Shown piece by piece: positions 56,956 through 64,000 of a stretch of DNA of 64,000 nucleotides. Numbering within the stretch: position 1 is the first letter of the stretch; each line of letters starts with the position of its first letter. The stretch lies in assembly GCA_937863565.1 (NCBI GenBank), contig CALMGJ010000028.1, positions 40,802 to 104,801 on the forward strand, read 5' to 3'. The notes beneath the pieces were generated by a model. The model searched no databases, was not told where the DNA came from, and saw nothing but the letters and a program-made list of their open reading frames with translations. Origin of the DNA: an uncultured bacterium. GTDB lineage: Bacteria; AUK180. The position numbers were made by a program, and so were the translations under genes.

Positions 56956-58889
56956 AATATCGCCCTGAGCATCTCTTTGATCTGTTCGGTATTGAACCAT
57001 TTCTGCTGGGCGGCGCCGGACGGACAGCTTCCGGCGCATGAACCGCAGCCCTTACAGAGCATTTCATTGACCTTGGCGAATTTCCTTGCCCCCTCTGCCT
57101 CGAAGGCGATGGCATCATACGGACAAACGCTGATACAGACCCCGCAGCCGGCGCACAGCTCCTCGTCTATTGAGGCGGTTATCGGCTCCGCCTCGTATTC
57201 GCCCTTGTTCATGAGCCTGATCGCACGGGCGGCAGCGGCAGAGGCCTGGGCAACCGTATCGGGTATATCCTTAGGACCCTGGACAGTACCCGCGAGAAAG
57301 ATGCCCTCTGTAAGGGTATCGACCGGTTTAAATTTCGGATGTGCTTCGGCAAGAAAACCGTCCGTGGTCCTTCCTATCCTTAGGATATCGCGTATCTTCT
57401 TCGTCCCTTCGCTTGGGACCATGCCGGTAGAAAGTATCACCGTATCGAACTCCCCTTCGATGAGACTTCTAGTAAGCGTATCTTCAACTTTCAATATAAG
57501 TTTTTTATTCTTGGGATTTTCCTGTATTTCCGCCGTCCGGCCTCTTATATATTTCACGCCATTCTTCTGGGCCCTTTTATAATACTCCTCGAAGCCTTTC
57601 CCGTAGGCTCGTAGATCCGTATAGAAGATGTAGATATCCCGTTCGGGCCTGTTCCTTTTCAGAAGCTGCGCGAGTTTTGTAGCATACATGCAGCACACTC
57701 TCGAACAGTACTCCTTTTTTATCTGCTCATCCCGCGATCCTACGCATTGGATGAAAGCGATCTTATTGCCGATATCGACAAGGTTTTTCCCGGATTCCTC
57801 ATGTTCCACAAGCCTTTCCAATTGAAGCGCAGTAAGAACATTTTCGTATTTCCCGAATCCGAATACCGGTTTTTCTGCCGGATTGAAGATATCGAAACCC
57901 GTCGCCACGATTATCGTGTCTACGGTGATATCCATCGTTTTCTCGTACTGATCGTAATTTATGGCCTTCGCATCGCAGGCGTCCCTGCATTTGGCGCAGG
58001 CAAGAGGAAGTAGGCCGAGACAATTCTCTATATCAAGCGTAAATGAATGAGGTACGGCGATATCAGTGGGAATATAGATCGCTTTTCTGAACGAGAGACC
58101 TTCATTGAACTCATTGGGGACATCCACCGGACAGACCTCGGAGCAATCCCCGCAGCATGTGCATTTCGAAGGGTCTACATAAGTAGGTTTGATCTTTATC
58201 TTCGCATTGTAATTGCCGAGATATCCGGAAATTGCAATAACCTCGGAATATGTCAGAAGTTCGATGTTCGGATGCGCAGCGACATCGGACATCTTTGGAG
58301 AGAGGATGCAGGCGGAACAATCCTCTGTCGGGAATGTTTTTGAAAGTTGGGCCATATGCCCACCGATCGTAGGCTTCTCCTCTACAAGATATACTTTGAA
58401 CCCCGCATCGCCGAGGTCAAGCGCGGCCTGAATACCGGCAATGCCGCCGCCGATCACGAGAACTCTTTTCCCGATGGGCATTTTTGCTTTACTAAGCGGA
58501 GTATCCAACCTGACCTTCGAAATGGCTATATTAGTGAGGTCCTTAGCTTTTTCCGTTGCTTCCTCGGGATAATTGATGTGAGCCCATGAACACTGTTCCC
58601 GGATATTGGCCATTTCAAGAACATAAGGATTGAGACCCGCGCGCTCCATCATTTTCATGAAAGTCTGGCCCTGGAATGAAGGCGAGCAGGCTGCTATGAC
58701 GATCTTGTCCAGCTTGAATTCCCTGATATCGCTTAAAACGAGCATCTGGCCTTCATTAGAACAGATATGGCCGTTGTCGCGTACAAGTACCACATCTTTC
58801 TGTTTTTTTGCGAATTCGACCGCTTCTCCGATATTGACAATATCGGAAATATTTCCCCCGCAATGGCAAATATATACACCTATTCTCAT
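56952..58889 (-). CDS. HdrA-like FAD/Fe-S flavoprotein (heterodisulfide reductase subunit A family)
   Basis: VLVIGGGIAGIQAALDLGDAG FAD fold; several 4Fe-4S motifs (CTCCGDCSEVCP, CAGCGVCISVCP, CKGCGSCAGSCP); 645 aa. Confidence 0.88.
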   Translation of the reverse strand: MRIGVYICHCGGNISDIVNIGEAVEFAKKQKDVVLVRDNGHICSNEGQMLVLSDIREFKLDKIVIAACSPSFQGQTFMKMMERAGLNPYVLEMANIREQCSWAHINYPEEATEKAKDLTNIAISKVRLDTPLSKAKMPIGKRVLVIGGGIAGIQAALDLGDAGFKVYLVEEKPTIGGHMAQLSKTFPTEDCSACILSPKMSDVAAHPNIELLTYSEVIAISGYLGNYNAKIKIKPTYVDPSKCTCCGDCSEVCPVDVPNEFNEGLSFRKAIYIPTDIAVPHSFTLDIENCLGLLPLACAKCRDACDAKAINYDQYEKTMDITVDTIIVATGFDIFNPAEKPVFGFGKYENVLTALQLERLVEHEESGKNLVDIGNKIAFIQCVGSRDEQIKKEYCSRVCCMYATKLAQLLKRNRPERDIYIFYTDLRAYGKGFEEYYKRAQKNGVKYIRGRTAEIQENPKNKKLILKVEDTLTRSLIEGEFDTVILSTGMVPSEGTKKIRDILRIGRTTDGFLAEAHPKFKPVDTLTEGIFLAGTVQGPKDIPDTVAQASAAAARAIRLMNKGEYEAEPITASIDEELCAGCGVCISVCPYDAIAFEAEGARKFAKVNEMLCKGCGSCAGSCPSGAAQQKWFNTEQIKEMLRAIL

Positions 58890-59458
58890 TTAACAACCCC
58901 TTTCGGCTTTTTCCCGGCGGTCCGTTCGAGGGCATGAGCGTATCCCTTTTCAAAAGCGGAAACATTCAAAGCGATGAATTTTTCCGGAACTGATTCTTTA
59001 ATGGCCCTTAACATTGCTTCCTTCGATGCGATCTTCGCCTTTGCCGTTATGAACCCGAGCATTACGATATTGGCTACGATCTTCTTTCCCATCTCTTCGG
59101 CAAGTCTTGTACAGGGAATATCGAAAACCTTCGTTTTTGCATGATGTCTTACGTTTTTAACAAGGTCGGTTTCATAGAAGACCGTCCCTCCCTCGTCTAC
59201 GATGCCCTTGAAAGTATCGTACCCTTCCTGCGAAAGAGCGATGAGCACATCCGCTTTATCTACTAGCGGATAATTAACTTCTGTCCCGCTTATCACGAGC
59301 TGGGAGCTGCAGGCTCCGCCTCTCGATTCCGGGCCGTAGGCTTCGGTCATGGCCGAGAACTTACCGTCGTAGATAGAGACGGCCTTACCCAGGATATATG
59401 CCATCAGTATTATCCCCTGTCCGCCGAATCCGGCTATCTTGACCCTCTGTTCTTCCAT
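58886..59458 (-). CDS. 2-oxoacid:ferredoxin oxidoreductase gamma subunit
   Basis: IAGFGGQGIILMA signature. Confidence 0.85.
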   Translation of the reverse strand: MEEQRVKIAGFGGQGIILMAYILGKAVSIYDGKFSAMTEAYGPESRGGACSSQLVISGTEVNYPLVDKADVLIALSQEGYDTFKGIVDEGGTVFYETDLVKNVRHHAKTKVFDIPCTRLAEEMGKKIVANIVMLGFITAKAKIASKEAMLRAIKESVPEKFIALNVSAFEKGYAHALERTAGKKPKGVVK

Positions 59459-59465
59459 AAGGTTC

Positions 59466-60344
59466 CTATTCCTCCATATGCTTTTTTTCGAGATATATAT
59501 TCGGGAATCTTTTCTTGAGACCGGCCTGGACAGTATCCCAGAAAGTGGGTTTCTCGATGTTCACGAATTCCCCGCAGACGATCTTTCCGTCCATATCCAA
59601 TGGTATCTTGGTCGGGTCCGCCGTATGGTCTATTACTGACCTTCCCGCAAATTCCTTGAGAAGGTCAAGACCTGTGCCGCCCCTGTTCTTCCTTGCATAG
59701 ACAGTAGGGCATGGGGAGACGACCTCGATAAAGGAGAATCCCTTTCTTTTAAAGGCAGTGGATACCGACTCCGACAGGCGCCTTGTATGAAGCGCTGTCC
59801 ATCTGGCCACATAGGAAGCGCCGGCAGATGCGGCTATGCCCACAAGATTGAAAGGCTCCTCGCAGTTGCCGTAAGGTGCAGTGGAACTATAGGCGGAGAT
59901 CGGAGTGGTCGGCGCATTCTGGCCGCCCGTCATCCCGTAGATGAAATTATTCACGCAGATCACGGTCAGGTCCACATTCCTCCTAGCCGCATGTATCAAG
60001 TGATTACCGCCGATCGCGAAGAGGTCACCATCGCCGGAAAAAACGACCACTTTGAGATCCTGATTGGCAAGTTTAATGCCTGTCGCGAAAGGAATGGCGC
60101 GGCCGTGAGTTGTATGGTACGAATCGAGTTTGATATATCCTGCGATCCTTGCCGTACAGCCTATACCGGACACAACAACGGTGCTGTTATAGTCGGCTCC
60201 GGCCAATTTCAGCCCCTCCACAAATGCGGTCATAGCGGTCCCCAGGCCGCAGCCCGAGCACCAGATATGAGGCATTCTGTCCATCCTCAGAATATCTCCC
60301 ATGGGATGGGATTCGGGATTCACGATCTTATTTTTTCTTGCCAT
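59466..60344 (-). CDS. 2-oxoacid:ferredoxin oxidoreductase beta subunit (TPP-binding)
   Basis: WCSGCG, GDGD TPP motif. Confidence 0.88.
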   Translation of the reverse strand: MARKNKIVNPESHPMGDILRMDRMPHIWCSGCGLGTAMTAFVEGLKLAGADYNSTVVVSGIGCTARIAGYIKLDSYHTTHGRAIPFATGIKLANQDLKVVVFSGDGDLFAIGGNHLIHAARRNVDLTVICVNNFIYGMTGGQNAPTTPISAYSSTAPYGNCEEPFNLVGIAASAGASYVARWTALHTRRLSESVSTAFKRKGFSFIEVVSPCPTVYARKNRGGTGLDLLKEFAGRSVIDHTADPTKIPLDMDGKIVCGEFVNIEKPTFWDTVQAGLKKRFPNIYLEKKHMEE

Positions 60345-61791
60345 GGGCCGCCTCCGTTATCGCTTTTACGATATCCTCGGTCCTGATGATGCCGCCCCCG
60401 GCATGTCCGATCCCGGCCACGGTGCAATTCTTCCCTGAACAACGCTCCACTTCCAGAACGATCTGGCCGAGGTTCATTTCCGGGACTACGAAACCGGATA
60501 CGCGCTTTGAAAGTTCTCTAATCCTTTTCTCCGGGAAAGGCCAGACCGTGACCAGCCTGAGAGAACCCACTTTGATCCCTTTCTTTTTCGCAATGGCGAT
60601 AGCAGGTGCGGATAACCTTGAAGTGATGCCATAGGAAATGACAATGACATCGGCTTTTTCGGTATCTTTCTCCTCGAGGATGATGATATCGTCGGCATGG
60701 GCCTTTATCTTATTCACAAGCCGATTTACGAGTTTCTGATGCGCTTCCTCGCTCATATCGGGATATCCCCTTTCATCGTGAGTCAGCCCGGTAGTATGAT
60801 AACGGTATCCGTCCCCCGCTTTGGCGAATTCGGGTACAAGGTCGGGGCCGGCCTCATAAGGTTTGTATTTATCCGCGGTCTTGCGCGTATATTTCCTTTC
60901 GACGAGTTTGAGCTTCTCGACCGGGGGGATCACTACTTTTTCGGTCATATGCCCTACGATCCCGTCGCTCATTATGAATACCGGAAGCCTGTATTTCTCG
61001 GAATAGTTGAACGCCATGACCGTGAGGTCGAACATTTCCTGGCATGATTTCGGGCACAGAGCGATGCTTCCGTAATCGCCGTGAGAGCCCCATCTGGCCT
61101 GCATCATATCGGATTGTCCCCACGATGTGGGAAGACCTGTGGAAGGCGAGCCTCGCTGAACATTCACTATTACCGCCGGGACCTCCATCATCATGCCGAG
61201 GCCGATATTCTCGTTCATAAGCGAAATACCGGGGCCGGAGGTGGCCGTCATCGATTTTCTTCCCGCCCAGGAAGCGCCCAAAATGCCGGCAATGGATGCG
61301 ATCTCGTCCTCGAACTGGATGAAAACCCCTTTCAGCCGAGGCAGGACGACAGACATATGTTCGGCGATCTCGGAGGCCGGCGTTATCGGGTAAGCTCCGA
61401 AAAACCGGCAACCCGCCGCCAGAGCGCCTTCAGCACAGGCGATATCTCCCTGCATGAAGAATTCGCCCCTTAAGGGGCTCGGGAAAAATTCGATGTTCTG
61501 TTTCCGCCTGGGTTCCTGTATCGTTATCCTCTGTGTGTTCTCATGTTCAAGGTATATGGCAAAATCGGGGCAGATCCTCTCGCAGAGGCCGCAGAAAGTG
61601 CATGCATCCTCATTGGCCACTTTAGGGGGGTGATATCCTTTTGTATTGAACCCTTCCGATCTAACTAGAACATCGCGCGGGCAGTAATCGATGCAGTAAT
61701 CGCATCCCTTGCACCGGTCAGCGATCACTACAACACGGCCGGGAAGCTTTTTATGTTTGATCTTTACCTTCGGATTACCGTATGGCTGCAT
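60328..61791 (-). CDS. 2-oxoacid:ferredoxin oxidoreductase alpha subunit with fused N-terminal 2x[4Fe-4S] ferredoxin (delta) domain
   Basis: CKGCDYCIDYCP and CTFCGLCERICP, then alpha-type YPITPASE core. Confidence 0.88.
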   Translation of the reverse strand: MQPYGNPKVKIKHKKLPGRVVVIADRCKGCDYCIDYCPRDVLVRSEGFNTKGYHPPKVANEDACTFCGLCERICPDFAIYLEHENTQRITIQEPRRKQNIEFFPSPLRGEFFMQGDIACAEGALAAGCRFFGAYPITPASEIAEHMSVVLPRLKGVFIQFEDEIASIAGILGASWAGRKSMTATSGPGISLMNENIGLGMMMEVPAVIVNVQRGSPSTGLPTSWGQSDMMQARWGSHGDYGSIALCPKSCQEMFDLTVMAFNYSEKYRLPVFIMSDGIVGHMTEKVVIPPVEKLKLVERKYTRKTADKYKPYEAGPDLVPEFAKAGDGYRYHTTGLTHDERGYPDMSEEAHQKLVNRLVNKIKAHADDIIILEEKDTEKADVIVISYGITSRLSAPAIAIAKKKGIKVGSLRLVTVWPFPEKRIRELSKRVSGFVVPEMNLGQIVLEVERCSGKNCTVAGIGHAGGGIIRTEDIVKAITEAAHGKKK

Positions 61792-61799
61792 CTTCGCTC

Positions 61800-62363
61800 C
61801 TATTTTTTCGTTTTCAGGAATTCTTCAACGCCTTTTTTATAAAGGTCATCACCGTACATGTCATTTGCCACTGTACAGGGAAAATCCTCAACGGTAAGTT
61901 TCCTTATCGCTTCAGCCTTCAATTCCTCGTATGCTATGACCTCGGCGTTCTTGATCGTCTTGGCGATCAAAGCAGCTGCGCCGCCTATTGCTGCGAGATA
62001 TACTCCTTTATTCTCGATAAGCGAGTTCACGACATCCTGTCCTCTATTACCTTTCCCTATGCAGGCCTTGAGGCCGTTTCGGAGAAGTATGGGAGTGTAC
62101 GGGTCCATCCTGTAGCTCGTCGTGGGACCTGCAGATCCGATCGGCATGCCTGGTTTTGCGGGAGAGGGTCCCACATAGTAGATCACGGCGCCTTTAAGAT
62201 CAAAGGGCAGTTTCTCCCCTTTCTCCAGAAGCTCCACAAGCTTTTTATGTGCGGCATCACGGGCAGTATATATGATCCCGCTCAGATAAACGGTATCGCC
62301 GATCCTGAGTTCTTTAATGATATCATCGGTCAGAGGTGTTTTTATCTTATGTATCTTGCTCAT
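61800..62363 (-). CDS. class I fumarate hydratase, beta (C-terminal) subunit
   Basis: Fe-S hydro-lyase tartrate/fumarate family beta motifs (YYVGPSPAKPG). Confidence 0.85.
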   Translation of the reverse strand: MSKIHKIKTPLTDDIIKELRIGDTVYLSGIIYTARDAAHKKLVELLEKGEKLPFDLKGAVIYYVGPSPAKPGMPIGSAGPTTSYRMDPYTPILLRNGLKACIGKGNRGQDVVNSLIENKGVYLAAIGGAAALIAKTIKNAEVIAYEELKAEAIRKLTVEDFPCTVANDMYGDDLYKKGVEEFLKTKK

Positions 62364-62372
62364 TCCTGACTC

Positions 62373-63218
62373 CTATAATATTATTTCCTTATGTCTGGCG
62401 GCATGGCAATTGATATTGATGGCCACCGGCATGGATGCGATATGACACGGCACATGCTCGATGAAAACTTCGAGCGCGGTGGTCTCTCCTCCGAATCCCA
62501 TCGCGCCGATGCCGAGTTCATTGATCTTCTTCAGGATCTCTATTTCGAGTTCCGCGTATTTCTGATCAGCGTTTCTTTCTCCGAATCTTCGCAGCAGCGC
62601 CTTCTTGGCCAGTATGGCGCTCTGCTCGAAATCCCCTCCTATCCCGATCCCGACGATCACCGGCGGGCAGGGATTGCCGCCTGACCTTTTCACACGGTCA
62701 ACGGCAAAGTCTATTATGCCTTTTGTTCCGTCAGCGGCCTTCATCATCCTCACTTCGCTCATATTCTCGGAGCCCCCGCCTTTCGGGGCGGCAGTCATTT
62801 TCACGTTCTCACCCGGAACGATCTTTATGTGCAGCACCGGGGGATTATTGTCACCGGTGTTCTTTCTTTCCATTACGGGATCGCCGACCATGGATTTTCT
62901 CAGATAGCCCTCCGAATAACCTTTCCTTACGCCTTCAGCGATCGCTTTTTCGAAATCCCCTCCCGAAAAATGGACATCCTGGCCTATCTCCATGAAAAGA
63001 ACCGCAACTCCCGTATCCTGACATAGCGGCATCTTCTCAGAGGCCGAAATATCATGGTTTTTCAGGATTATCTTGAGGATCTCTTTGGCCGTTTCCGAAG
63101 TTTCGCGCTCGAGCGCTTTCTTCAATGATCCGGCCACATCTTCGGGAATGTAGTAATTGGCATCGATGAACAGTTTGCAGACGGCATCCGACAGTTCGGA
63201 GACATTGATTTCCCTCAT
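62373..63218 (-). CDS. class I fumarate hydratase, alpha (N-terminal) subunit
   Basis: Fe-S hydro-lyase alpha motifs (CQDTGV, PCPPV). Confidence 0.85.
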   Translation of the reverse strand: MREINVSELSDAVCKLFIDANYYIPEDVAGSLKKALERETSETAKEILKIILKNHDISASEKMPLCQDTGVAVLFMEIGQDVHFSGGDFEKAIAEGVRKGYSEGYLRKSMVGDPVMERKNTGDNNPPVLHIKIVPGENVKMTAAPKGGGSENMSEVRMMKAADGTKGIIDFAVDRVKRSGGNPCPPVIVGIGIGGDFEQSAILAKKALLRRFGERNADQKYAELEIEILKKINELGIGAMGFGGETTALEVFIEHVPCHIASMPVAININCHAARHKEIIL

Positions 63219-63467
63219 ATGCTAACTCCTTTTCCGTTTTCATTTTCGAATGTAAAAGAATCATCAGCCGAATTTTTCACCAGTTTATTATAACAAAATA
63301 GAACTGTAAATCCAAACGGAATTTAATTATTTCCCGAATGGGGGATATTCACCAATATAATAGTATTTATGTAGATTACGCACGCCGCTGCGTTACTGCA
63401 GGCCGAGCTTGATCGATTACCGATCAGAGATAATTGGCATTATCCGTATCCGGAAGTATCACTGTTC

Positions 63468-64000
63468 TCAGCTCAGGGATTTAATAAAAAGTGCGGCGAG
63501 AAACCCTGCAAGGGTTGACAGCCCGACGATCGCTCCTCCCTGTTCAAAAGCTTCCGGAAGCATTGTTTCGGCAATCATCGTCAGCATCGCCCCGGCCGCT
63601 ACGCCTTCTATCACCGCCATCCAGTAATGAGGGATGTCCCTGAAGAACATATTGCCGGCAAAGGCGCAGAATCCGGCCATGATTGCGATCGAAGACCACA
63701 TGATCATTATCTTCTTGAAAGAATATTTCTGCTGTTTCATAAGTACGGAACTGGACATGGCCTCGGGAAGATTTGCCAGAAATACTCCCGCGAATAAAGG
63801 CCATGGAATATCCGTTTTAGCCGAAATGGAGATACCTATCACTAACGATTCGGGAATGCCGTCCAGAAGGTTGCCGAGCCATATTCCCAATGCCGCATCG
63901 CCGTGGGATCGTGCCGCTTCACCTATATCATGTGCCGTTGCCCGGAAATCCATATTCTCCAAGTATTTGGATGTCTCCTTTTTCCATCTCAGGGCTACAT
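63468..64000 (-). CDS. ZIP-family metal transporter, C-terminal part (gene probably starts right of window)
   Basis: Hydrophobic helices with LLDGIPESLVIG resembling the ZIP PEG motif; track start at 63962 is TTG. Confidence 0.5.
   Translation of the reverse strand, partial: VALRWKKETSKYLENMDFRATAHDIGEAARSHGDAALGIWLGNLLDGIPESLVIGISISAKTDIPWPLFAGVFLANLPEAMSSSVLMKQQKYSFKKIMIMWSSIAIMAGFCAFAGNMFFRDIPHYWMAVIEGVAAGAMLTMIAETMLPEAFEQGGAIVGLSTLAGFLAALFIKSLS

Noticed and set aside
61782-62369. 195-aa plus-strand ORF (and 59787-60386, 199 aa)
   Set aside because: Antisense to fumarase beta and OFOR beta; no motifs.
1-64000. CRISPR arrays, rRNA or tRNA genes
   Set aside because: No regularly spaced repeats of 25-40 bp and no tRNA-like or rRNA-like non-coding segments were noticed; intergenic regions are short.

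Overview
Dense, mostly minus-strand bacterial chromosomal window of about 70 genes from what looks like an anaerobe of moderate GC. No rRNA, tRNA, CRISPR array, integrase or transposase was seen. All calls rest on reading motifs in the supplied translations and sequence by eye; no searches were run, and the ORF track evidently accepts GTG/TTG starts, so many N-termini are approximate. Left third: def-fmt (fmt fused to an Amidase_2/PGRP domain), flavodoxin, a tandem pair of ~183-aa paralogs, tdk, a sigma-54 NtrC-type regulator with a sensor-less histidine kinase, then a ~3.3 kb AT-rich insertion carrying an EcoRI-family adenine methyltransferase, a DUF262(DGQQR)-HNH nuclease and a small membrane protein. 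Centre: a hsp20-hsp20-dnaK-dnaJ operon behind a textbook sigma-54 promoter, and an unusually TPR-rich region (8 all-TPR proteins) that includes a small-protein/ClpA-like AAA+ operon whose second ATPase domain has a degenerate Walker B. Right third: a ~20 kb co-directional cluster joining class I fumarase, 2-oxoacid:ferredoxin oxidoreductase, HdrA-MvhD-MvhG, HdrC/HdrB-like proteins, soluble fumarate reductase, malic enzyme, [NiFe]-hydrogenase large subunit and hypABCDEF. The two best candidates for an undescribed system are the methyltransferase-DUF262/HNH island and the hydrogenase/HdrA/fumarate-reductase/OFOR supercluster (a possible H2-driven, electron-bifurcating fumarate-reduction module); neither can be confirmed from sequence alone.
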